Assembly: GCA_024278135.1 (NCBI GenBank)
Contig: JAJRTU010000113.1
Span: forward strand, 1-58,161
Source: Gammaproteobacteria bacterium
GTDB taxonomy: Bacteria; Pseudomonadota; Gammaproteobacteria; Eutrophobiales; Eutrophobiaceae
DNA: 58,161 bases
Direction of reading: 5' to 3'
The position numbers and the translations under genes were made by a program. Shown one piece after another: positions 1 to 9,842 of this stretch; position 1 is the first letter of the stretch; every line of letters begins with the position of its first letter. The notes under the pieces are model-generated. The model saw nothing but the letters and a program-made list of their open reading frames with translations, had not been told where the DNA came from and made no database searches.

Positions 1-3000
1 CGACGGGGCCAGGTTTTGTAAGGTATTACTAACTCTCCTAATGTCAGAATAATTAAAGTCCGCCTCACGTTTATTAGCCAATTGCTGAGATAAGGCAGCT
101 TGTAATGAATATTGCCATTTATCCAGTTTCTCATTTTCAAGTAGAACGTTTATTTCTTGCGTGGTCGACTCATCGGCGATTATTGCGAGTTTATTTATCA
201 TTAGCTGAATCAATTCAGATGCACGCATACTCGCTGTCACGGTGCCAACACGCTCTCCCCGATCATAAGGACGATAATATGTTCCCAATAAACATATTAG
301 TAGACTCAATGCTGTACCTGGCAATTTGTCCATCAATGATAATTGATCAATCCTGTAAGAAAGGAAACCCATCAGGTATTTAATGCGTGTTGCCCTGCCA
401 TTACAATACTCTATCAGTACCTGCCTGTAATCTGATGGAAAAAGAATAAAAGCGACTCCCAGCCAATGAGTCCGCTGAGCCACATTCATACTGCGTAACA
501 TAAGCTTCTTTTTGACTAATTTCTGAAACTGCTTAGGATCCGCATGTTGTAAGGCTGCCTTAAGAAGATAGTCGAGATATTCCAGTTGCTTGCTAGTACA
601 ACGTGCAGGGAAACCAGCCAGTAATTGAATGCTTGAATGCCGTGCAATTCTTTTATAATCCTCATCAAAGGCAAGTGAATAAATACCGGAGATATGTTCC
701 TTACCTGCACGTATCGCCATCAAACTATATTGAATAAATATTTCTGCGACCAGTTCGGGTTTTTCTTTTACCAGTTCCTTGTACCAGGCTGGTTCTTCTC
801 CTATATCATCAGCGAAATAAAAAGCTAAGGCCTTGCGAATCTTGTCGTCAGACAGTTGCAATATTTTCCTGTTATCGTCCTTGCTGACTTCTTCCAGGCC
901 TGCCCTGAAAGGGAAAGACAGGGGATAAATTTCACTATTATTCTGTATATTAAGCTGGAATATACTCTGTACTGCGGGGATATCCTTCCGCTCAAGACAG
1001 TTTTTGAAACCTGTCAATATCGATTCAACCAGGCTTTCATCATCGAAATAATTATTTAAACGCTTGTGAGGATTTTCACCTTCAAAATCTATAAAATAGC
1101 CAAAGTAGGCCATGCCCAAATTATGAAGAATACCTGAGTCCGCCGTACCCGCACGGATATCATTAATATTTTTCTTTATAAATTGAATATATTCCTGTTT
1201 TTGTTGTTGTTCTTTCGCTCTTCTTGCCTCTCGCTTTCTATTAAACTCCACTATTCCTAGGCTAATCGGTGGGTTTAGCATTTCATCCAACCAGTTATCC
1301 AGTTTAGGAATTTCTTGTACAGCCTGTTTTAAGATATCCAAAGATATATTTTGATTATCAGTTTCTAAATTACATACACGAAAGGCTTCGCCCAAAAAAT
1401 ATTTACTAACGGGTTCATTAGTTGATTGTTTGGCTTTATCTAAACACCATAAACCATAATCTATAGGTAACTTTGCATCATATAAGCGCTCCATCACTTT
1501 ACGCATGCACCAGTTAAAATTATCACTTTCTGCACAGTGTTTTACGTGTAATGCTATAATTGCTTTTTGACAATCTGGATGTAAACCAATCCAATCACGA
1601 ATTCGCTTAAGTTCATGTTCGTTGTCTATTGATACAAAGCCATATTCATCAAGACCCAGGCCAAGCCAGTCAGATAATCTTTTCTGGGTAACGGTTTCTC
1701 CATAATATTCCAGTCCAGTCGCAAGAAGCCTGCCGACCATTGAGCGAAAGGGTGTCTCATTGATTGTGACTGCCAGTTTTTCATGACGTAATACCAGATC
1801 ATCAAGCAACTGAAACAATTCTCCTTCCGAGGATTGTTCTTCTAAATGATACGACCAAAATTTCTGATATTTACCAATATAGTTGGCCTTTTTAGGCGTA
1901 TGTAAATAATCAAAAACCTCGGCTGGCTTAACTATAGCGGGATAAAGTTCTACTAACAGCTCTCCTGATAAGGCATCGTCCTGATCGGAAATGATATTGT
2001 TATTAATATCCAGGAGAAGTTGCATCAGTTTATTATTTTCATTCGGTTTGCCAGCAACAAGATGAATAAAGACATGGAGCGCCTGCCTGCGGATACCAGA
2101 CCATCGGCTTGAATCACGAACAATTTCCATCAAATAGTCAGTTAATTCCGTTAATCGTTCTCCATGCATCATCGCATCCAGAACACAATCAACGATGGCC
2201 TGTTGTGCATCACTGCGATCAGGAGACATCAGAATTTCTTTAAATATGGGTTCTATCTCAATGGTGCAGAGCGCCCCAAAAGGATGCCCTACCCAGTTAC
2301 CAGATCTAAAATAAGGATAACGCCTGGCTTCTTCCCTGAGTGCATCCAGGATCTTACGCTTATCCTCGACACTAAATAATTTAACATCACCGTACAGGAT
2401 AAGCCCTAATGGGTCCCGCTTTATCAATATGGCGCGTTCTGTTTCACACAGGGTCACCAGCCAGGCGAACAGGCCTCGCAGTGCAGTGACGGCGACGCCA
2501 TCTGTTCCGGTCATAAGAGCAAGTATGCGTCCTATGGGTAAACCATTTTCCATGATCTGTTTGTTCAGGTAATAAGCCGCTAGATATTCAGCGACCGTTC
2601 TATGGACATAAGTAGTACACTCACTATTTGTACTAAAGAGTTTTGTTTTCGTGACGGCATGTAGTAATACAGGTTCTTCGTATTCCAGATTATTTATAGA
2701 AAGGTATTCCTTTGTTGCAGCGAAGGCACTCAATGATAAACCTGGCTTATCGGACAGCAATAAAAGTGCGCAAAGAAAGCCGGCTGCTTCAAGTTGCTTT
2801 TCAATCGTCAGAGAACGATCACGCTGCGTGTCGCTATGTTCTGGATTATGCTCGATGACTAATATTCTGCGGCAGGCAAGCTCAAAAGTTTCCCGGCGGG
2901 AACCCGGCCACTGGCCACTGTCCGTTATGGCGGAAACCATCATATCCAGTATTTGAGGATTTTTGATTATGTCAAAAAGTCCCCGAGCTTTTGCTTCTTT

Positions 3001-3516
3001 TATAAATTCTAAGGGTATTTTAACTTCATCCGGATAATTCTTAACCAGGATTTCGTTGATATCGTCCTCGGTCAGCTCGTCCAGATGCAGCTCTTGAATT
3101 GTATTATTATCAGCCGCAACCATTTGTAACTGTTCCCTGTCACTACTGCCCAGCCAATCTGCTTCCCGGCAGGACAAACGGAACCAGGGACGACCTAGTT
3201 TTTCCAGACATCTTCGTATAGCGTCAAATGGACCTCTGGCATCCTGTGTTCCGGCCCTGACTTCATCCAGACCATCTATGAATAATATTTTATCCTGCCA
3301 TTCCGCATTACGCTCAAGAGTGATTAAGTTACGGGCAGTTATATAAACTGAACCTTGTTGCTGTTTGCTTTCTTGTTCAAAGGCTTTAGTTTTTCCCATA
3401 CCCGGTTCACCCAACAATACATAGGCAGGGCTATCTCTATAACGGTCCAGAGGAAGAGAGACCTGTTTCTGATCTTTAATAATAGTCGTACAGGTTCGTG
3501 GTACCAGGAATGTCAC
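1..3516 (-). CDS. Large STAND/NACHT-type P-loop NTPase (Avs/NLR-like), 3' end beyond window
   Basis: Not in the ORF track because there is no stop inside the window. Hand-translated segments from GTG at 3516: TFLVPRTC...YVLLGEPGMGKT (Walker A), ILFIDGLDEVRAG (Walker B), FRLSCREADW, KNPQILDMM, WPGSRRETFELAC, YVHRTVAEYLAA, RDPLGLILYGD. The same frame is open at the window edge (...KREADFNYSDIRRVSNTLQNLAPS). GTG overlaps the TGA of the upstream gene. Confidence 0.85.
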   Translation of the reverse strand, partial: MTFLVPRTCTTIIKDQKQVSLPLDRYRDSPAYVLLGEPGMGKTKAFEQESKQQQGSVYITARNLITLERNAEWQDKILFIDGLDEVRAGTQDARGPFDAIRRCLEKLGRPWFRLSCREADWLGSSDREQLQMVAADNNTIQELHLDELTEDDINEILVKNYPDEVKIPLEFIKEAKARGLFDIIKNPQILDMMVSAITDSGQWPGSRRETFELACRRILVIEHNPEHSDTQRDRSLTIEKQLEAAGFLCALLLLSDKPGLSLSAFAATKEYLSINNLEYEEPVLLHAVTKTKLFSTNSECTTYVHRTVAEYLAAYYLNKQIMENGLPIGRILALMTGTDGVAVTALRGLFAWLVTLCETERAILIKRDPLGLILYGDVKLFSVEDKRKILDALREEARRYPYFRSGNWVGHPFGALCTIEIEPIFKEILMSPDRSDAQQAIVDCVLDAMMHGERLTELTDYLMEIVRDSSRWSGIRRQALHVFIHLVAGKPNENNKLMQLLLDINNNIISDQDDALSGELLVELYPAIVKPAEVFDYLHTPKKANYIGKYQKFWSYHLEEQSSEGELFQLLDDLVLRHEKLAVTINETPFRSMVGRLLATGLEYYGETVTQKRLSDWLGLGLDEYGFVSIDNEHELKRIRDWIGLHPDCQKAIIALHVKHCAESDNFNWCMRKVMERLYDAKLPIDYGLWCLDKAKQSTNEPVSKYFLGEAFRVCNLETDNQNISLDILKQAVQEIPKLDNWLDEMLNPPISLGIVEFNRKREARRAKEQQQKQEYIQFIKKNINDIRAGTADSGILHNLGMAYFGYFIDFEGENPHKRLNNYFDDESLVESILTGFKNCLERKDIPAVQSIFQLNIQNNSEIYPLSFPFRAGLEEVSKDDNRKILQLSDDKIRKALAFYFADDIGEEPAWYKELVKEKPELVAEIFIQYSLMAIRAGKEHISGIYSLAFDEDYKRIARHSSIQLLAGFPARCTSKQLEYLDYLLKAALQHADPKQFQKLVKKKLMLRSMNVAQRTHWLGVAFILFPSDYRQVLIEYCNGRATRIKYLMGFLSYRIDQLSLMDKLPGTALSLLICLLGTYYRPYDRGERVGTVTASMRASELIQLMINKLAIIADESTTQEINVLLENEKLDKWQYSLQAALSQQLANKREADFNYSDIRRVSNTLQNLAPS

Positions 3517-4775
3517 TGTTCACCAAACCAGTCATCCGGGCCAGAGGAGAGAAACAGCTCCAGTGGTTCACCCTGCCCACCCACCAATATCGTACGCTGC
3601 GGTTTGAAACGCTCGTTAAATTTTTCCAGACCACGGCGGCTACCATCTCCCGTAGCACTTTTCACTTCAATCGCGACCCGCATACTGCCCTTTTCAATAA
3701 TAAAATCCACTTCATTATTACCATCCCGCCAGTAATAAAGCCTGACATCAGGAATTCCCCTGTTATATAAATGTGCACCCACCGCGCTCTCTACCAGGTG
3801 TCCCCAGAAAGTTCGGTCTGCCCTGGCCTGTTCATAGGTATAACCTGACATAGCAGTCATCAGTGCCGTATTCAATACATTAAGCTTCGGTGGCGATGCC
3901 CGTCGGCGATGCTGTTGATTGGCAAACTTTTGCAAGCCGGTAAGTAGCCCGGCATTGGTCAACAGGTTTATATAACCGGCGAGCGTCGTTTCATTACCGG
4001 CATTGTCCAGGCGCCCTTTCATTTTATTCAATGAAAGTTCCCGTCCCGAATAATGACAAGCGAGCTCAAACAGCTGTTTGAGTAGTGCAGGTTTATCTAC
4101 ACGAGTCATCATAAGAATGTCTTTTTCAATATTCGGCTCGATAAGCGATGAACGTACATAATCCGCCCAACGACTTTGTTCAGTAACATATTCGGCCGCA
4201 CCTGGATAACCACCGAAATATAGATAGCCCGGTAGATCAAGATTAAAAGCCTCACTCATTTCTAGAAATGACCAATGGGTATTGCGTATTAGCTCAAATC
4301 TACCCGCAAGACTTTCAGTCAGACCCTGCTGCATCAACAATGGAGCCGAACCCAGTAATACGACATGTAATGGTCTATTCAATGCCCGGTCCGCATCCCA
4401 TAGTCCTTTCACCACCTCTGACCATTGCGGGATCTTCTGTATTTCATCCAGAACCAGTATAAAGCCACGCTCAAGTTCAGGATTGTCAGCCGCTTTACGC
4501 GCTTTTCCCCACTGCATCGTTATCCATTCGATATCAGGTTTTCTAATCCCGGCTACTGTGTAGGTGACCTGATCAGTCATGGACGTGTAGGGAGACGGTA
4601 CAGTAAGCTCATCCAGGGCTAGATAACTATATTCGGCAGGTGAACGCTCACGTTGCAGGATCTTCCGTACGAGGGTAGTTTTTCCCGTTTGACGGGGACC
4701 GGCTACTACAATTAGTCGGCTTACGGGTTCATCTAATCGAGCAATTAATGTTTGAGCATGTTCACGTATATACAT
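3513..4775 (-). CDS. AAA+ ATPase, AAA_14 + DUF4143 family, with C-terminal PD-(D/E)XK-like motif
   Basis: Walker A GPRQTGKT, Walker B LVLDEIQ, LGSA...ESLAGRF, GGYP, and C-terminal YYWRDGNNEVDFII...AIEVKS. Confidence 0.9.
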   Translation of the reverse strand: MYIREHAQTLIARLDEPVSRLIVVAGPRQTGKTTLVRKILQRERSPAEYSYLALDELTVPSPYTSMTDQVTYTVAGIRKPDIEWITMQWGKARKAADNPELERGFILVLDEIQKIPQWSEVVKGLWDADRALNRPLHVVLLGSAPLLMQQGLTESLAGRFELIRNTHWSFLEMSEAFNLDLPGYLYFGGYPGAAEYVTEQSRWADYVRSSLIEPNIEKDILMMTRVDKPALLKQLFELACHYSGRELSLNKMKGRLDNAGNETTLAGYINLLTNAGLLTGLQKFANQQHRRRASPPKLNVLNTALMTAMSGYTYEQARADRTFWGHLVESAVGAHLYNRGIPDVRLYYWRDGNNEVDFIIEKGSMRVAIEVKSATGDGSRRGLEKFNERFKPQRTILVGGQGEPLELFLSSGPDDWFGEQ

Positions 4776-4784
4776 GGCGCATGT

Positions 4785-4824
4785 ATATTACATCATTGAG
4801 TAAAATTACTCAATGATGTAATAT
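4785..4824. promoter_or_regulatory. Perfect inverted repeat (19-bp arms, 2-bp spacer) containing a sigma70-like promoter on both strands; candidate operator
   Basis: ATATTACATCATTGAGTAA-AA-TTACTCAATGATGTAATAT. It reads TTGAGT-N17-TAATAT on each strand and ends 9 nt before the ATG at 4775. Confidence 0.7.
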
Positions 4825-4878
4825 CAAATTGTTATTTTTAATTTCTTTTTAAATATCAAAAAGATAGAGAATAATCTA

Positions 4879-6873
4879 TTAAGGACTGTACCAAATCGCC
4901 GAAGACCATGCCCTTTCCTGAATGATGGGATCGACATTGTCAAACGGCTTTTTACCCTCACGCAGGGCTTCATAGCTGCTCCAGCGGCAGCCGGGGTTTT
5001 CCAGTACACGGGCATAGTAAAAGGCACGTTGGGCGGGTTCAAAATCCGGATCCTGCCACATGCCTTTCAGCTCTATTGCCCCTTTATCGGCACTGACACT
5101 GCAATCCGCCATATTCACTTCTGCGCCATTATCGGGACAACGATGACTGTCTGTATCGGGCAGCAATCCATCTGAACAGACAACATCGAAGGTTTGTTCT
5201 TTGCTTTCTCCTGCCTCCAGCCAGCCTTTTATGATTTGCACACGCTGTAGTTTGATGCCATCACCCGCCTTCATCGCCCAGACCATGAATCTCGGCACGT
5301 GACCGGCTTCAGTGGGAGGTAAGTCACCACCCATGGGTACACCGTGCCGGTAGGCAAGTTCAAGCAAGTTACTTTGTTCATCCAAATTTTCCGGATAGTC
5401 CCAACCGGCAAAGAAACGAAGAATGATACGAGTACCGCTGGTACCGAATGTTTCTTTACGCTTCAGCGCGGCAAAGATACTGTCCCGGGTATTGTCTTCC
5501 GCCCAGACACCGGCCAGACCACCGGAACCTTTCATTCTTTGCGGGGTAAAGACTTTTATTTCCGGCAGGGCCGCTCTGGCAGCAGGTGAACCGTCCTCTA
5601 CGCCATGATGTCCAAGGTAATTGCTTTCATCAGTGGCACCGGGCGTACCATTGTGTGTATCAGTACTGCCTATTACACCGAACTTATAGGGGTTGATACC
5701 GGTGCTCGCTTCCGCCTCGAGTCCATATTTCAAGGTATTGCGTATGTAATTATTGGCCTGGACACAGCCCTCCGGTCGACCCTGTGCATCACAAAGAACG
5801 GTGCAGTCTGACAAGCCCGTATCAGGACTCCCGGCACAGACCGGTCGGCGTTCCAGTTTTTCAAAATTACAGAATTCATCCGCCGTACCGAAACCGGTTT
5901 GACATTCCGAATCACCCTTGGCCTGTATAATCTCTACCAGGGGTTCCAGTTCACTGCGCAACCTGGCCAGTTCCAGCGAGAGCATGGAAGCATCTATCGC
6001 TGGAAACTGCTGACCATTACTCTGATTGGAGTTATGCGGAATGGAAACGAGTTCACAGGGTGCTTTGCAGTCATCCCGCAGTTGTTGCCAGAGTTTCGCC
6101 GGTGTATTCGCTTCAAAATAGCTGATCGGCAGCGGCAACACGTGTTGATTGCGAAATACGATGTTTCTATGCAAGTTGTTGCCCCGCGTATTACCTGTCC
6201 ATTCATAGGCAATAAATGTGGTGAAATCTCCAGGTTGATTGAAGTCATCGGCAATATCCTGCAACTCCTGCCAAATGCTGTGGGCACGTTCCAGACAATC
6301 ACGAGCCTCGCTTGAACACAGTTCTTTCTCTCGTTCAGGATCGGGAGAGAGTACGTCCCTGATGATCAGGGCCTTGAATATATATCGGATCAACGCCGCC
6401 TGTTTATCTTCATTACGTATGGCCCGGCACAATGCCTGATCATACTGCGCCGTGCTGTTATCCAGACACAGGGCAAGCTCTCCCAGGTATTCTCCATGTT
6501 CCGTGACTGCTGCAAAATCCAGCGGCTGCTTCAGTTTCAGTGTCCTGCCACCTGATAAAGTGACCTCTTCTCCCCGGGCGAAACGATAGGCCTCTCTCGG
6601 TCCTGCCGGGTTGAAATTAATATAGCTGTCCAGGGAGTAGGCTGTGTGAACATGGAGATCACCAAAATAGGGATGGCCTCCCGGCCCGGCAGTGGTTTTT
6701 TTTATCTCTTGCTGTACAGCATGTATTTCCTGCAGGTCTTGATTTGTACCGGGGATCTGAGCTTCCTCTTGCGTACAGGCACTGAAAACAAATCCTGAAA
6801 GAACAAGAAGGTATTTGATCAACTGCATTCCCGTATGCACCGGTATGAGGCCATTAGATGCCGTAACAGACAT
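4879..6873 (-). CDS. DUF3604 family protein (PHP-like metallohydrolase), predicted lipoprotein
   Basis: YFGDLHVHT, AAVTEH, YEWT, NLHRNIVFR, PHNSN, GSTDTHN, FYYARVLENP, QERAWSSAIWY; lipobox FVFSAC; TAATG overlap with the upstream paralog. Confidence 0.85.
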   Translation of the reverse strand: MSVTASNGLIPVHTGMQLIKYLLVLSGFVFSACTQEEAQIPGTNQDLQEIHAVQQEIKKTTAGPGGHPYFGDLHVHTAYSLDSYINFNPAGPREAYRFARGEEVTLSGGRTLKLKQPLDFAAVTEHGEYLGELALCLDNSTAQYDQALCRAIRNEDKQAALIRYIFKALIIRDVLSPDPEREKELCSSEARDCLERAHSIWQELQDIADDFNQPGDFTTFIAYEWTGNTRGNNLHRNIVFRNQHVLPLPISYFEANTPAKLWQQLRDDCKAPCELVSIPHNSNQSNGQQFPAIDASMLSLELARLRSELEPLVEIIQAKGDSECQTGFGTADEFCNFEKLERRPVCAGSPDTGLSDCTVLCDAQGRPEGCVQANNYIRNTLKYGLEAEASTGINPYKFGVIGSTDTHNGTPGATDESNYLGHHGVEDGSPAARAALPEIKVFTPQRMKGSGGLAGVWAEDNTRDSIFAALKRKETFGTSGTRIILRFFAGWDYPENLDEQSNLLELAYRHGVPMGGDLPPTEAGHVPRFMVWAMKAGDGIKLQRVQIIKGWLEAGESKEQTFDVVCSDGLLPDTDSHRCPDNGAEVNMADCSVSADKGAIELKGMWQDPDFEPAQRAFYYARVLENPGCRWSSYEALREGKKPFDNVDPIIQERAWSSAIWYSP

Positions 6874-8825
6874 TAATTGGGACTGTACCAGATGGGTGAT
6901 GACCAGGCGCGTTCCTGTATGATGGCGGGGGCATCTACAGGTGGTTCACGGCCCAGTCGTAATGCGTCATAGGTACTCCAGCGACAACCCGGGTTTTCAA
7001 GCACCCGCGCGTAATAAAATGCACCTTGTCCGGGATCGAAATCCGGATCTTCCCACAGGCCCTTCAGTTCTGTCGCGCCCCTGTCTCCTGTGACACTGCA
7101 ATCTTTCAAACTAACACCGGCACCATTGTCCGGGCAGCGCCTGCTGAGCGGGTTCGGTGTCAATCCATCCGAACACAGGACATCGTACACCCGTTCCCGG
7201 CTTTCTCCGTCCTCCCGCCAGCCTTTGATCACCTGCACCCGCTGCAGCTTGCGACCATCAACACCTTTTGCTGCCCACAGTAAAAAGCGTGGTGGCCCGT
7301 CATTATGATAGACAGGTAAATCGCCACCCATCGGCACACCCTTGTCGTAGCCAATAGCAGCCAGCTCCGTGCCCTGTTGCAGGGTCTCCGGAAAATCCCA
7401 GCCGGCAAAGAAGCGAAGCAGAATTCGGGTGCCACTGGTGGCAAAGGTTTCCCGGCGCTGCAGCGCAGCGAAGATGCTGTCGCGGGTGTTCTGCTCGGCC
7501 CAGACACCGGCCAGGGCACCGGGATTTTTGGGCAGCTGCTTGAAACCCGTCTTCAGCGCCAATTTCAGGCGATCATTGGCATCGGCATCCAGATAACCAA
7601 AATTGCCTTTGTAGTTGTCTTCCGCGGTATTGCCAGGATTGGCATTGTGGGTATCCGTACTGCCCAGCACGCCGAACTTATAGGGATTTGCTCCCGTTTT
7701 CTCTTCAAATTCCAGACCGATCTTCAGTGCGTTGCGAGTATAGTTCCTGGCCCAGACACAACCGTCCGGCCGGCCCTCGCTGTCACAGGCCGGGGCACAG
7801 ACCAGGGTGGAACCGGGCGGCGCTTTATCGGGACAAATCGGTCGCAGATCGTATTTTTCAAATTGACATAATTCATCTTCTGTCCCCAGGCCGAAACGGC
7901 ATTCAGACTCGCCTTTGAACTGCATGATTTCAACCAGGGGCTCATGGGCAGCTCGATAGCTGGCCTGTTCAGCGCTGAAGGGAGAACCATCGGGATTAAC
8001 ACCGGCAAATCTCAGCCCCTTGCTCTGGTTGGAATTATGGGAAATAGTCAGTACCTCACAAGGAGGCAGGCATTCTTCATCCAGTTTGCCCCAGAGCGCT
8101 TCTACCGTGGGCACTTCGATCATACTCCAGGGCGTTTTTGCCACGTTGTTGTTCCGAAAGATCACATTCCGATGACGGTTACCACCCTGCTCGCCTGTCC
8201 ATTCGTAGGCGATAAAAGTGGTGAACTCACCCGGCAGGTAAAACTCATCCGCAATTTCCTGGATCTCCTGCCAGCGGGTTCGGGAGGCGTTAATACAGTC
8301 TTCACCCTGATCTCCGCATATGGGCAATCGCTCAGGCCTGTCCGCCTTGAACACCTTCAGCAGGACATTGACAAAAGTACGATGTTCCAGGGCCGGATCC
8401 TGTTGTTCATTTCTCATATCCCTGCACATGTCCGTCGCATAGGCGGCACTATGGGGATCGGCACAAATCAGCGATTCCCCCAGAAACTCCGCATGCTCGG
8501 TAACGGCGGCAAAGTCCAGCGGCAGCGCCAGCTTCCTTGGATGCCGGTAAAAGTCTATTTCACCGCCGCGGGCGAAAATATAAGCATCACGGGGAGTAGT
8601 ACGATTAAAAATGATGTAGGCATCCAGTGAATAAGACGTATGCACATGCAAATCACCAAAGTACGGATTACGCGAAAGCATTGCCGGGGGGGCCGAACTA
8701 CTTTGCCCCTCGACGGTCTGCCTTGTCTTTACGCCCGATTCGGCTTTACTGTTTGCATCTCCCGGTGTATCGGAACAGGCTGCCAACAGGGTCAGACTCG
8801 TCAATAACATAATATTTTTCAGCAT
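6873..8825 (-). CDS. DUF3604 family protein, second tandem paralog, predicted lipoprotein
   Basis: Same motifs (GDLHVHT, AVTEH, EWT, HRNVIFR, HNSN, STDTHN, QERAWSSPIWY); lipobox LLAAC. Start placed at ATG 8825 (MLKNIMLL), just after the HupE stop. Confidence 0.85.
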   Translation of the reverse strand: MLKNIMLLTSLTLLAACSDTPGDANSKAESGVKTRQTVEGQSSSAPPAMLSRNPYFGDLHVHTSYSLDAYIIFNRTTPRDAYIFARGGEIDFYRHPRKLALPLDFAAVTEHAEFLGESLICADPHSAAYATDMCRDMRNEQQDPALEHRTFVNVLLKVFKADRPERLPICGDQGEDCINASRTRWQEIQEIADEFYLPGEFTTFIAYEWTGEQGGNRHRNVIFRNNNVAKTPWSMIEVPTVEALWGKLDEECLPPCEVLTISHNSNQSKGLRFAGVNPDGSPFSAEQASYRAAHEPLVEIMQFKGESECRFGLGTEDELCQFEKYDLRPICPDKAPPGSTLVCAPACDSEGRPDGCVWARNYTRNALKIGLEFEEKTGANPYKFGVLGSTDTHNANPGNTAEDNYKGNFGYLDADANDRLKLALKTGFKQLPKNPGALAGVWAEQNTRDSIFAALQRRETFATSGTRILLRFFAGWDFPETLQQGTELAAIGYDKGVPMGGDLPVYHNDGPPRFLLWAAKGVDGRKLQRVQVIKGWREDGESRERVYDVLCSDGLTPNPLSRRCPDNGAGVSLKDCSVTGDRGATELKGLWEDPDFDPGQGAFYYARVLENPGCRWSTYDALRLGREPPVDAPAIIQERAWSSPIWYSPN

Positions 8826-8835
8826 AACATTCACC

Positions 8836-9840
8836 CTAATAAAATCCGCTGACACGATCAAACAACCAGAAAGCGGCAATACTGCCTATCGCATAACTGC
8901 TTGCCAGTTCTATCTTGTCAAACCAGTCTCGTATGATCCGACGTAATAACTGCAACACGGCGATGGCAAAAATGACAAATAATACCTGTCCTGTTTCCAC
9001 ACCAAGGTTGAACATAAGCAATGCCAGAGGGATATCATCCTCAGGCAGGCCAATCTCTGACAATGCACCCGCGAACCCCAGACCGTGAACCAGACCGAAT
9101 ACCGCTGCGACCAGCCAGGGCAGTCGCCTGCTCAGGTTATGCTTATTTTCCCGCACCAGCTCACAGGCCAGAAATACAATACTCAGGGCAATAACGGCTT
9201 CCACCGGGGCAGAGGGCACATGAACATATCCAAGTATGGCCGCTATCAGGCTGATGCTGTGGGCCAAAGTGAAAGCGGTAATGGTTTTAATAACGTTCCA
9301 GAAACGTTGTATGAGCAGCAACAAACCCAGAATAAAAAGCAGATGATCGGCACCCTTAAGGATATGCTCTACACCCAGTTTGAAATAATAGGGGGCGATA
9401 TTTTTTATCGGCTCAGTGACAGAGGGAAATATAAAGACAGGATTTTTGTTGTCCAGCACGGACATGTGTACAGTACCGTCCCGGCTTTGGAATCTGAGCA
9501 AAACATCACTGATGGTATTGCTTAAACCGGCTATCGTAACTTCCTTGCCACTGAGTTCAGTCGCTCCGCAATCCATTACCCATTTCTCGTACATGAGACC
9601 CTGTAGTTGCCGGCCTGTATTCGCTCCGCCGGTACGACAGCTCTCAGGAAAAACCACCTGTATATTCAAAGCACGCTGTGCGCGTATGGGGCGTGTCCAG
9701 TTGATCTCCAGCAGACCGGCACTGCCTTCCTTTATTTCAAGGTAGGCGGGGCGTGACTCGTGAGCAAGGGCGGGAATGCTGCCCGTCAAAAGGAGCAGAC
9801 ACAGCAAGCTTGTTCGCCACAGAGCAAAACCCTCATTCAT
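8836..9840 (-). CDS. HupE/UreJ-family membrane protein with N-terminal periplasmic domain
   Basis: Signal peptide ending ALA-HESRP; LGVEHILKGADHLLF, AFTLAHSISL, VEAVIALSI, FGLVHGLGFAGAL, FNLGVETGQ. Confidence 0.88.
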   Translation of the reverse strand: MNEGFALWRTSLLCLLLLTGSIPALAHESRPAYLEIKEGSAGLLEINWTRPIRAQRALNIQVVFPESCRTGGANTGRQLQGLMYEKWVMDCGATELSGKEVTIAGLSNTISDVLLRFQSRDGTVHMSVLDNKNPVFIFPSVTEPIKNIAPYYFKLGVEHILKGADHLLFILGLLLLIQRFWNVIKTITAFTLAHSISLIAAILGYVHVPSAPVEAVIALSIVFLACELVRENKHNLSRRLPWLVAAVFGLVHGLGFAGALSEIGLPEDDIPLALLMFNLGVETGQVLFVIFAIAVLQLLRRIIRDWFDKIELASSYAIGSIAAFWLFDRVSGFY

Positions 9841-9842
9841 GA

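Noticed and set aside
105-3770. Short track ORFs over the first 3.7 kb, and similar 60-350 aa overlapping ORFs throughout
   Set aside because: They are antisense or off-frame shadows of long genes with clear motifs, with no recognisable features of their own.
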